64,000 nucleotides of DNA from Lactobacillus sp. (lineage in GTDB: Bacteria > Bacillota > Bacilli > Lactobacillales > Lactobacillaceae). Position numbers and translations under genes: made by a program. Below the pieces are notes generated by a model that saw only the letters and a list, made by a program, of their open reading frames with translations, was not told where the DNA came from and ran no database searches. Positions 29,748 to 38,783 of the stretch are shown here, piece by piece (positions within the stretch are counted from its first letter, which is position 1; each line of letters starts with the position of its first letter). The stretch is from the NCBI GenBank assembly GCA_030455605.1, contig JAKDPD010000006.1:6069-70068 (forward strand), read 5' to 3'.

Positions 29748-30412
29748 AACTTGTTTATTTAACCCATCACCCAATTGATATTAAAGACGGACAAATAACA
29801 GTCGTTGCAACAACTAGTTTTGCAGCATATACAGATTTTGTGCAAGGATTTCAGGGGAAGGACACGCTGATTAAGTTCAATACGGATGATTATGAAGTTC
29901 TTCCAACAGCAAAAGCAATTGACTGGATTGGTGATCCGCTTTTAAGTAAAGACATTTGCAAGCAATATTTGACAGATGCTTTATCATTGGTTTTCTCGGA
30001 CCTAACGGACAGCAGCCAAATGGCTATTCAACGGGGGTGGAATCAAGTTTTGGCGGATTTAGAAAAAGCCATTTTTATGGAAGATTTGCCATTAGCAGTC
30101 TCAACAGATTTAGACTTTAAAAAGTTACTCAAGTTTAGTAATCTCCACTTTAACGATGATATTGCCAGTTCACCTTATGGTATAATTGAGACAGTCGTTA
30201 AGATACACCAAGCTTGTGGGTTAAAGTCGACTATTACGCTAAGTAACCTCAGTCACTACTTAGATCAGTCGCATTTTAATGAGCTAAACAAATTGATTAA
30301 AGAAACAAATCTTTCACTTATCTTATTGGAGTTTGATTCCGATAAGCATCAATCCTTTTACAAAGAGGCATCGTTTAACTATATTGACGCCGACTTAGTA
30401 GATTGGTACTGA
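29744..30412 (+). CDS. csn2: Type II-A accessory protein Csn2
   Basis: 222 aa after cas2, WIGDP and C-terminal YIDADL; II-A gene order. Confidence 0.9.
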   Translation: MKLVYLTHHPIDIKDGQITVVATTSFAAYTDFVQGFQGKDTLIKFNTDDYEVLPTAKAIDWIGDPLLSKDICKQYLTDALSLVFSDLTDSSQMAIQRGWNQVLADLEKAIFMEDLPLAVSTDLDFKKLLKFSNLHFNDDIASSPYGIIETVVKIHQACGLKSTITLSNLSHYLDQSHFNELNKLIKETNLSLILLEFDSDKHQSFYKEASFNYIDADLVDWY

Positions 30413-30445
30413 TACAGTAGATTAAAGAATAGTGATAATTCACCG
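30413..30445 (+). promoter_or_regulatory. CRISPR leader (33 bp) ending in CG
   Basis: AT-rich segment between csn2 and the first repeat, ending ..TTCACCG; a CG leader end is typical of Lactobacillus II-A systems. Confidence 0.7.
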
Positions 30446-31471
30446 GTTTTAGATCTACTGCATTCAGATAAGTAGAAGACCTCATTATTCTTCATGACAA
30501 TAGTATCTTTTGTTTTAGATCTACTGCATTCAGATAAGTAGAAGACCCCAAGTCGACCCCAAGATCAAGCACTCGTTGTTTTAGATCTACTGCATTCAGA
30601 TAAGTAGAAGACCAGATGACGCAGCTGCGCTTTTAACAGATTTGTTTTAGATCTACTGCATTCAGATAAGTAGAAGACCTAATGCAGTTCCTAGCAATCT
30701 AATCCCATAGTTTTAGATCTACTGCATTCAGATAAGTAGAAGACCACTAAGATTGTAATAATAGCTTAATATTACGTTTTAGATCTACTGCATTCAGATA
30801 AGTAGAAGACCATTATACAGTTTTCCCTCGCATACTATGGAGTTTTAGATCTACTGCATTCAGATAAGTAGAAGACCATCAAACCTTATCAGGCGCTATG
30901 CAACCTAGTTTTAGATCTACTGCATTCAGATAAGTAGAAGACCTAGAGAAATACCTAATCCAACCAATTTAAGGTTTTAGATCTACTGCATTCAGATAAG
31001 TAGAAGACCGGTTCGTGATCTGATACAGTATCTTCTGCAGTTTTAGATCTACTGCATTCAGATAAGTAGAAGACCACTACTTAGTTATTTAATGTCATAG
31101 TCTGAGTTTTAGATCTACTGCATTCAGATAAGTAGAAGACCTGGGCAAGTGCTAGACGAGATGATCGCTCTGTTTTAGATCTACTGCATTCAGATAAGTA
31201 GAAGACCTGATATTGATACTGCCTACGATGTAGTCGCGTTTTAGATCTACTGCATTCAGATAAGTAGAAGACCAAAACCAGTTGCTAAACCAGAACCAGC
31301 CAAGTTTTAGATCTACTGCATTCAGATAAGTAGAAGACCTCGTTGATTGGCATAGTAGACCAAAAGCTTGTTTTAGATCTACTGCATTCAGATAAGTAGA
31401 AGACCCCCACCACTGATTATTAGATTGATGGCTCAGTTTTAGATCTACTGCATTCAGATAAGTAGAAAATA
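30446..31471 (+). CRISPR. Type II-A CRISPR array: 16 repeats (36 bp GTTTTAGATCTACTGCATTCAGATAAGTAGAAGACC), 15 unique 30-bp spacers
   Basis: Exact 66-bp period from 30446 to 31436; 15 identical repeats; the last repeat matches only its first 32 nt. Confidence 0.99.
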
Positions 31472-31501
31472 GCTCGTTCAAAGATTGAACGGGCTATTTT
31501 T
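31468..31501 (+). terminator. Array terminator; right copy of the 34-bp groEL-terminator direct repeat
   Basis: AATAGCTCGTTCAAAGATTGAACGGGCTATTTTT, 33/34 identical to 24011-24044. Confidence 0.9.
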
Positions 31502-31598
31502 AATTCTTAATTTTTTGTTATATCATCACCAAATTCAATTAATCGCGCCGATAAATGCTAATATAACGACAAGTAAACTTGAAGGGGGTATCCGATAT

Positions 31599-31961
31599 AT
31601 GAAAAAATGGGTAGGTTTGGCTACATTGCTATTGTCATTAGTTGGTATCTTGACGTTTAGTCAGCACCAAACTGGGATGGTACAAGCGGCTGCCAGTGTA
31701 CAGCGAATTCATATTTGGATAGTACCTAAGCGTAGTGCCGTGGTACGGCAGTATTCAGGGGCGGGGACAGTACGCGCAAAGAAGCCACTAGTGGCGCGTC
31801 GGTATTTTGCAAGTCGTACCGGTGTGCTACTCGTATTCGGGAAGAGTTACTACTTACCTAGGCTGAAGAGTTGGGTATTAGCACGTGATGTACGTCGGGT
31901 AGCTCGGCAAGGTGGTCATCATTTGCCGCCTAGGCGTCCAAGACGTCCACATATGTGGTAA
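31599..31961 (+). CDS. Small secreted, highly basic protein with a probable single SLAP/SH3b-like cell-wall-binding domain
   Basis: Signal peptide MKKWVGLATLLLSLVGILTF...VQA; pattern YSGAG..KKPL..FGKSYYL..SWVLARDV; SD GAAGGGGG. Confidence 0.65.
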   Translation: MKKWVGLATLLLSLVGILTFSQHQTGMVQAAASVQRIHIWIVPKRSAVVRQYSGAGTVRAKKPLVARRYFASRTGVLLVFGKSYYLPRLKSWVLARDVRRVARQGGHHLPPRRPRRPHMW

Positions 31962-31962
31962 G

Positions 31963-31999
31963 AAAAAATAGCTTGTCTTTTCTAGACAGGCTATTTTTT
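31963..31999. terminator. Terminator after the SLAP-like gene
   Basis: AAAAAATAGCTTGTCT-TTTTCT-AGACAGGCTATTTTTT. Confidence 0.8.
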
Positions 32000-32007
32000 G
32001 TACATTT

Positions 32008-32396
32008 TTAGTAATGTCGTTATTTTGGTGGGTAGGGGCTTGTTTGGTTATCTTTTCCAAAGTTTCTGGAAAATTAAATCATGATAATCGTAATGCTAGT
32101 TTTAGTTTTTGGGGGTTATTCATTATTGGATTGTTAGTGACAAATTATCAGTGACCCGCATGAGTCATTATATGCTGCCTCTTTGTGAACAGGCCCGAAT
32201 TGGTTCCTTGAAACGAATGGTTCAAAATGTTGTTATTGTCAGTGGAACGGCGATTGGCTCTACGGTAATGAGCCTATGGGCAAATCAATTACCCATGAAT
32301 CTTCGTATTAATTGGGGCATAACGCTGGTAATTTCATTGGCTGTCCTCATTTTGAATATACTAGTCGATAAAAAAGCCATCTTAAATACGAAATGA
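32008..32396 (+). pseudogene. Degraded membrane transporter fragment (MFS-like C-terminus)
   Basis: Hydrophobic pieces in different frames (FSNVVILVGRGLFGYL; MIIVMLVLVFGGYSLL; P....RIGSLKRMVQNVVIVSGTAIGS) with no intact start. Confidence 0.4.
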
Positions 32397-32550
32397 TTAG
32401 TTTCACCGCTAACTAATAATACTAATCTAAAGGATCGTGATTATGGTGAGATAATCATTTTTGAACGGGATATCCGATAGGAGGGTGTCTTTTTTAGTTT
32501 GCTTAGTTATCCCCAGTTAATCAGATACTTGAGTGGCTGTAGGTCGAGTT

Positions 32551-32579
32551 TTCCACTACTAGGCAGAATGTCGTATAAT
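32551..32579 (+). promoter_or_regulatory. Putative mutSL promoter
   Basis: TTCCAC-17 bp-TATAAT. Confidence 0.55.
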
Positions 32580-32611
32580 ATTCAGTAAGCGTAAAAAGAA
32601 AGAGATTATTC

Positions 32612-35206
32612 ATGACCGACACAACGACCCCAATGATGGCGCAATACCATGAAATTAAACAGCAATATCCCGATGCTTTTCTATTTTATCGCGTGGGCGA
32701 TTTTTATGAATTGTTTGAAGACGATGCCATTAAAGGTGCACAACTTTTAGAATTGACGTTAACGCATCGTTCTAATAAGACGAAGAATCCCATCCCGATG
32801 GCCGGTGTCCCACATTTAGCGGTGGAAGCCTATGTGAATACGCTGGTGGAAAAAGGGTATAAAGTCGCGCTCTGTGAACAACTTGAAGATCCTAAGCTAG
32901 CGAAGGGGATGGTGAAACGTGGCATCATTCAATTAGTGACGCCCGGTACTATGATGGCGGCTGGTCCTAATAGTGCTAGTGAGATGAATTACTTAACGAG
33001 TGTGACCATGACGAGCAAAGGTTTTGGTCTGGCCTATAGTGACTTATCCACTGGCGAAGTTTTTGCCACTCGGCTCAAGAGCATGGCGGCAGTGGAAAAT
33101 GAATTACTGTCGCTACGAACCCGCGAGGTGGTGTTTGCCGGTGCATTAGCCGCTACTGACCGTGATTTTTTGACTAAGGCCAATATTACGGTGTCAAAGC
33201 CGGCCCCTTTAACCGGTGAACATGCTGAATTATCCTACGTTACTCAGGGCTTAGCAGCTGGTGCGGAGCGCGATGCGACTATTCAATTAGTGAGTTATTT
33301 ATTAAATACCCAGAAGCGGAGCTTGGCGCATTTACAGGTTGCCCAGCGGTATGAAGTTAATCAATATTTGCAGCTGTCGCATACGGTGCAAAATAATTTG
33401 GAGTTATTAGCTTCAGCACGAACAGGTAAGAAGATGGGGTCACTGTTTTGGGTGATTGACCAGACGCATACTGCCATGGGAGGGCGTTTGCTGAAACAGT
33501 GGATTACGCGTCCACTCTTATCTCTTGAAGCGATTCAGCATCGGCAGCAGCTAGTGAGCGCTTTACTGTCCGCCTATTTTACTCGCGAGAATACGATTGA
33601 TGCCCTCAAAGGGGTCTATGATTTGGAGCGGTTAACGGGACGGATTGCTTTTGGCAATGTTAATGCCCGTGAGTTATTACAATTATCACGTTCCTTGCAG
33701 GCCGTTCCGGTTATTTTGCAAGCTTTGCAAACTGCAAATACGACCATTTTGACTGACTTTGCGGCTAAAATTGACCCTTTAGCTAATGTTGCCAGCCAAA
33801 TTAGTGACACGCTGGTAGCAGATCCGCCGATTTTAACGACCGAAGGTGGTCTGATTAAAGCTGGGGTCGATTCGCAATTGGACCGTTACCACGATGCCAT
33901 GAATCATGGCAAGCAGTGGCTGGCCGAAATGGAAGCTAGTGAGCGCCAAAAAACGGGTATTGATAAGCTGAAGGTCGGATATAACAAGGTCTTTGGTTAT
34001 TATTTACAAGTCCCTAATGGTAGTAAAGATCGGGTTCCGCTCGACCGCTTTACGCGTAAACAGACTTTAACTAACGCTGAGCGCTATATTACGCCTGAAC
34101 TCAAGGAACATGAGAATTTGATTTTGGAAGCCCAAACCCGTTCGACCAGTTTGGAGCATGAATTGTTTGTCAAATTACGCGAAGCGATTAAGGTGTATAT
34201 TCCCAAGCTCCAAAAGTTAGGTAACCAGCTCGCTAGTTTGGATGTGCTCTGTGGTTTTGCAACAGTCGCAGAACAGAACCAATACTGCCTGCCAGAACTG
34301 CACGTGACTAATCAAGATATTAAGATTGTGGCTGGTCGTCATCCGGTGGTAGAGCAAGTTTTACCAGCCGGACGCTATATTCCGAATGATGTGCAGATGG
34401 ATCAAGCTACCAATATCTTTTTAATCACTGGACCTAATATGTCAGGGAAATCAACTTACATGCGGCAATTAGCGTTAATCGCGATTATGGCGCAAATTGG
34501 TTGCTTTGTCCCAGCTGATTCTGCGCAGCTACCGATTTTTGATCAAGTTTTCACCCGAATTGGTGCCGCCGATGATCTGATTTCCGGTAAATCGACCTTT
34601 ATGGTCGAGATGAGCGAGGCCAACGCTGCACTCCAATATGCGACGAAACGGTCACTCGTTTTATTTGATGAAATTGGTCGCGGGACGGCAACTTATGATG
34701 GTATGGCCCTGGCGGGTGCCATTGTGAAGTATTTGCATGATAAAGTCGGCGCAAAAACTTTATTTGCGACGCACTACCATGAATTAACCGCCTTGGCTGA
34801 TAAATTACCGCAACTTGCCAATATTCATGTCGGCGCTACTGAGCAAGACGGCAAATTAATCTTTCTGCACCAAATTTTACCTGGGGCGGCTGATCAAAGT
34901 TACGGGATTCATGTTGCACGGCTAGCTGGCTTACCTAGTCAGGTTTTAGCCGAAGCAACTAAATTATTGAAACGCTTAGAAGCCCAAGGGGCTAATGAAG
35001 TGAATGAGACCAGTCAGCAGCTAGACTTATTTGCACACGCCAGTAATCCAGCCCCGTCTGAACCAGTCTTAACTACGACTGATCAGGCCTTACTGGATCA
35101 AATTAAGAGCCTCTATCTCGATGATTTACGCCCGCTCGAGGTGGTGCAACTGGTTGCCAATTGGCAAACTGATTTAAAGGATGAAGCACATGACCAAAAT
35201 TCATGA
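32612..35206 (+). CDS. mutS: DNA mismatch repair protein MutS
   Basis: TPMMAQY, GDFYELF, TGPNMSGKSTYMRQ, DEIGRGT, C-terminal clamp motif QLDLF. Confidence 0.98.
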   Translation: MTDTTTPMMAQYHEIKQQYPDAFLFYRVGDFYELFEDDAIKGAQLLELTLTHRSNKTKNPIPMAGVPHLAVEAYVNTLVEKGYKVALCEQLEDPKLAKGMVKRGIIQLVTPGTMMAAGPNSASEMNYLTSVTMTSKGFGLAYSDLSTGEVFATRLKSMAAVENELLSLRTREVVFAGALAATDRDFLTKANITVSKPAPLTGEHAELSYVTQGLAAGAERDATIQLVSYLLNTQKRSLAHLQVAQRYEVNQYLQLSHTVQNNLELLASARTGKKMGSLFWVIDQTHTAMGGRLLKQWITRPLLSLEAIQHRQQLVSALLSAYFTRENTIDALKGVYDLERLTGRIAFGNVNARELLQLSRSLQAVPVILQALQTANTTILTDFAAKIDPLANVASQISDTLVADPPILTTEGGLIKAGVDSQLDRYHDAMNHGKQWLAEMEASERQKTGIDKLKVGYNKVFGYYLQVPNGSKDRVPLDRFTRKQTLTNAERYITPELKEHENLILEAQTRSTSLEHELFVKLREAIKVYIPKLQKLGNQLASLDVLCGFATVAEQNQYCLPELHVTNQDIKIVAGRHPVVEQVLPAGRYIPNDVQMDQATNIFLITGPNMSGKSTYMRQLALIAIMAQIGCFVPADSAQLPIFDQVFTRIGAADDLISGKSTFMVEMSEANAALQYATKRSLVLFDEIGRGTATYDGMALAGAIVKYLHDKVGAKTLFATHYHELTALADKLPQLANIHVGATEQDGKLIFLHQILPGAADQSYGIHVARLAGLPSQVLAEATKLLKRLEAQGANEVNETSQQLDLFAHASNPAPSEPVLTTTDQALLDQIKSLYLDDLRPLEVVQLVANWQTDLKDEAHDQNS

Positions 35207-37061
35207 GTTATCGGAAAACTTAGCCAATCAAATTGCGGCTGGGGAAGTCATTGAGCGTCCTGCTAGCGTTGTTAAAGAGCTGGTGGAAAATGCCATTGAT
35301 GCTGGGAGTACCCAAATTCGAGTGGAAGTCCGCAGTAGCGGGTTAGCTATGATTATGGTGCAAGACAATGGTGTCGGCATTCCCGCCGATCAATTGGACC
35401 TAGCATTTACGCGTCATGCCACTAGTAAGATTAATAATGAGCGTGATTTGTTTAAAGTGGCTACCTTAGGGTTCCGCGGTGAAGCTTTGGCTTCAATTGC
35501 GGCGGTCAGTCATGTCGAAGTACTCACTGCGCTGGCACATCACACTGGTGTGGTTGCGAATTTTTCAACTGGCGTTAAGTCACATCAGTCAGCTGCCGCC
35601 GCACGCGAGGGTACCCGAATTACAGTCAGTGATTTGTTTTTTAATACGCCCGCGCGTTTAAAATATTTGCGCAGTCCGCGCACTGAGCTGATGAAAGTGG
35701 TCGATTTCTTAGACCGCATTGCTTTGGGGCATCCCCAGATTGCCTTTACCTTAGTTAGTGAGGGAAAAATCCTATTGCAAACTGCCGGTAATGGTGATCA
35801 GCAGCAGACCGTGGCCACGATTTATGGGCACCACGTGGCGGCAGAGATGCTACCATTTGCGACGCAGGATACCGATTTTACGGTCACAGGATTACTGTCG
35901 AAGCCGACGTTAACTAGGTCTAATCGGCATTTTATGACGTTACTGCTGAATGGTCGCTACATTACCAATTTGGTGTTAACGAATGCCATTATGACTGGCT
36001 ATGGCAGTCAGTTGCCCCAGCGCCATTATCCTATTGCGGTGATTAATATTCAGGTTGATCCGCTCTTAGTCGATGTTAACGTCCATCCTACCAAGCGTGA
36101 GGTGCGTTTATCGAAAGAGACAGCACTGGCACGGCTACTGACGACGGCTATTTCAACGACGTTAACTAACCAGCTAGCACCTAGCAGTGGGCTCACTAAC
36201 TTGCTTCAAACTGGTCGCCCAACGCTGGTTGATCAATTGCGCTTTAATCTCAACCAGCAGGTCGTCAACTCTAAGCGCCCCGAGATTACTAAGCCTAGCA
36301 CTACGGAGCTAGCGTCATCCGATGCGAAGGAGCCTGACCACAAGTATGTTTCTATGAAGCAAGTCCGCAGCGATGATCGTTATCTGTTAACTGCTAGTTG
36401 GGATGCCAATGTGCGCGAGCAGCAGACGTTACGACCATTTCCACTTGATCCGGCTGGCAATGTCGAATCAAGTGCGGCTGCTAAGCTGAGCAGTCGTTTA
36501 CCACAGTTAACTTATCTAGGGCAATTCGATAGTTATTTACTGGCTAGTGCCGACCATGATTTATATTTATTGGACGCGCCAGCCATTCAGCGCCGGCTGA
36601 TCTATGAGCGGCTACTGGGTGAGCTTACCAATCATCAGATTAGTCAGCAACAATTACTCACCCCGTTAGTACTCGACTTTGGTGAACTTGACTTTTTAGA
36701 AATCAAAGCCAAATTGCCACTGCTGCGTGAATTGGGACTTTTATTAGCTGAATTTGGTCAACACAGTTTTATTCTGCATGGCTATCCGAATTTCTTACAG
36801 GATAATCAGGAGGCGCGGCTGCGTGAATTAATTGAGCTCTTTCTCCATCAAGATGAAGCTAATCCGATGAAATGGCGTGAGCGACTGGCTCGTGACGAAG
36901 CTAGACATCAAGCAGCAGCGCGTTCCAAGTTAACGGCTGTTGCTGCTGCCAGCTTGCTAGCTAAACTGGCAAAGGTTCCAGACCCTTATCATGATCCGGA
37001 TGGTCGACTAACCTTGGTAGCAATCAACCAACGTGATTTACAAAAAATGTTTAAACGCTAA
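35190..37061 (+). CDS. mutL: DNA mismatch repair protein MutL (endonuclease motifs degenerate)
   Basis: NQIAAGEVIERPASVVKELVENAIDAG, GFRGEALASI, DVNVHPTK. Confidence 0.96.
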   Translation: MTKIHELSENLANQIAAGEVIERPASVVKELVENAIDAGSTQIRVEVRSSGLAMIMVQDNGVGIPADQLDLAFTRHATSKINNERDLFKVATLGFRGEALASIAAVSHVEVLTALAHHTGVVANFSTGVKSHQSAAAAREGTRITVSDLFFNTPARLKYLRSPRTELMKVVDFLDRIALGHPQIAFTLVSEGKILLQTAGNGDQQQTVATIYGHHVAAEMLPFATQDTDFTVTGLLSKPTLTRSNRHFMTLLLNGRYITNLVLTNAIMTGYGSQLPQRHYPIAVINIQVDPLLVDVNVHPTKREVRLSKETALARLLTTAISTTLTNQLAPSSGLTNLLQTGRPTLVDQLRFNLNQQVVNSKRPEITKPSTTELASSDAKEPDHKYVSMKQVRSDDRYLLTASWDANVREQQTLRPFPLDPAGNVESSAAAKLSSRLPQLTYLGQFDSYLLASADHDLYLLDAPAIQRRLIYERLLGELTNHQISQQQLLTPLVLDFGELDFLEIKAKLPLLRELGLLLAEFGQHSFILHGYPNFLQDNQEARLRELIELFLHQDEANPMKWRERLARDEARHQAAARSKLTAVAAASLLAKLAKVPDPYHDPDGRLTLVAINQRDLQKMFKR

Positions 37062-37070
37062 GGAGGCAAC

Positions 37071-37655
37071 ATGTACGAATACCTATCCGGTCAAATTACT
37101 CAAATTACTCCCAGTTATCTGGTGATCGAAGTACAGGAGATTGGGTATAAAGTTTTTTGTCCTAGCCCGTATGCCTATCACTTAAAGCAAACCGTGCGCA
37201 TTTACATCGAACAAATTGTGCGTGAGACGGGGATAATGCTCTACGGTTTTGAGAGTGCTGAAGATAAAGGGCTGTTCTTAAAGTTATTGAGTGTTTCGGG
37301 GATTGGTCCGAAGAGTGCCATTGCGATTATGGCGGCTGAAGACAGTGAATCATTGGCTGCTGCGATTGAACAAGGCGAAATTAAATATTTAACGCAATTT
37401 CCCGGCGTTGGTAAAAAAACAGCTTCGCAAATTGTCCTTGATTTAAAAGGTAAATTGGGTGATTATGTGGCGCGCATTGATCAAACGCCAGCTGAGGATT
37501 TAGCCCATAGCTTAAATGATGCCTTGCTTGCGCTCCTAGCCTTAGGCTATACTCAAAAAGAAGTTAATCGCATTACCCCTAAGTTAGCGCAGCTCGATTT
37601 AGCTTCGGCCGATGCGTATATTAAACGTGGACTAGCCTTACTCTTGAAGCGGTAA
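37071..37655 (+). CDS. ruvA: Holliday junction branch migration protein RuvA
   Basis: [27 protein letters not shown]. Confidence 0.96.
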   Translation: MYEYLSGQITQITPSYLVIEVQEIGYKVFCPSPYAYHLKQTVRIYIEQIVRETGIMLYGFESAEDKGLFLKLLSVSGIGPKSAIAIMAAEDSESLAAAIEQGEIKYLTQFPGVGKKTASQIVLDLKGKLGDYVARIDQTPAEDLAHSLNDALLALLALGYTQKEVNRITPKLAQLDLASADAYIKRGLALLLKR

Positions 37656-37685
37656 CTGATATAATAGAAACATGATGGGAAGGAA

Positions 37686-38708
37686 GTGAAGGCCATGAGT
37701 GCCAAAGAAGATATTACGAGTAGTGAGCCCAAGCTTGATGAAGCGCCGATTGAGCAGTCACTCCGACCTCAAAGTCTCAAGCAATATTTAGGTCAAGAAC
37801 ACGTCAAACATGATTTGGCCATCTACATTCAAGCTGCTAAGCAGCGTGATGAGGCCCTTGACCATGTCCTTCTCTATGGTCCGCCTGGATTAGGTAAGAC
37901 AACGTTAGCCTTCGTGATTGCCCATGAACTTGGCGTTGAAGTTAAAAGCACCAGTGGTCCTGCAATTGAAAAAGCGGGCGATTTAGTGGCATTACTATCG
38001 GACCTCAATCCTGGGGATGTGCTCTTTATTGATGAGATTCATCGCCTGGCCAAGCCGGTCGAAGAAGTACTCTATTCTGCCATGGAAGACTACTATATTG
38101 ATATTGTCATTGGCGAAGGACAAACGACTCATGCCGTGCATGTTCCTTTGCCGCCATTTACGCTGATTGGCGCGACTACGTTGGCGGGGCAACTTTCTGC
38201 ACCCCTGCGTGATCGTTTTGGGATTGTGGAGCACATGCAATATTACACGGTCCCGGAACTGGAACAAATTGTGGTCCGTTCAAGTCACGTTTTTCAGACT
38301 GAGATTCAGTCGCAAGCGGCCCATGAATTAGCCCGTCGTTCGCGGGGGACACCGCGGGTGGCTAACCGCTTGTTGAAACGCGTCCGTGATTTTGCGGAAG
38401 TAGGCGGGGAGCAGACCATTTCGCTTACCACAACCAGTCATGCCCTTGATCAGTTGCAAGTTGATGAACAAGGATTGAACCAGACGGACCGGAAATTGCT
38501 AGCAACCATGATTAAAAGTTATCATGGCGGTCCAGTAGGGATTCGCACATTGGCAGCTAATGTGGGTGAGGATATTGAAACGATTGAGGCGCTGTATGAG
38601 CCTTACTTGTTGCAGATGGGCTTTATTGTCATGACGCCGCGCGGGCGTATGGCGACCGATAAAGCTTACTTACAATTAGGCTTACCCTTGCCCCGGCATG
38701 ATAAGTGA
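37686..38708 (+). CDS. ruvB: Holliday junction helicase RuvB
   Basis: [35 protein letters not shown]; start 37686 or 37695. Confidence 0.97.
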   Translation: MKAMSAKEDITSSEPKLDEAPIEQSLRPQSLKQYLGQEHVKHDLAIYIQAAKQRDEALDHVLLYGPPGLGKTTLAFVIAHELGVEVKSTSGPAIEKAGDLVALLSDLNPGDVLFIDEIHRLAKPVEEVLYSAMEDYYIDIVIGEGQTTHAVHVPLPPFTLIGATTLAGQLSAPLRDRFGIVEHMQYYTVPELEQIVVRSSHVFQTEIQSQAAHELARRSRGTPRVANRLLKRVRDFAEVGGEQTISLTTTSHALDQLQVDEQGLNQTDRKLLATMIKSYHGGPVGIRTLAANVGEDIETIEALYEPYLLQMGFIVMTPRGRMATDKAYLQLGLPLPRHDK

Positions 38709-38783
38709 CAAGTAGCCAGAATTTTTGTATGATAATGCTATTGGTAACAAAACTGATAGAGAAATGTAAAGGTGGAGAACTGA

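Noticed and set aside
30482-31039. Spacers 1 and 9 share AGTATCTT
   Set aside because: An 8-nt AT-rich match is expected by chance and the flanks differ.
31081-31481. Minus-strand ORFs with repeated peptides (STYLNAVDLK, VFYLSECSRSK)
   Set aside because: Artefacts of the 66-bp CRISPR period, which is a multiple of 3.
24046-32611. Searched for an integrase, transposase, IS ends, anti-CRISPR or toxin ORF in or beside the cas locus
   Set aside because: None recognisable; all ORFs are accounted for by cas9/cas1/cas2/csn2, the SLAP-like gene and a transporter remnant.
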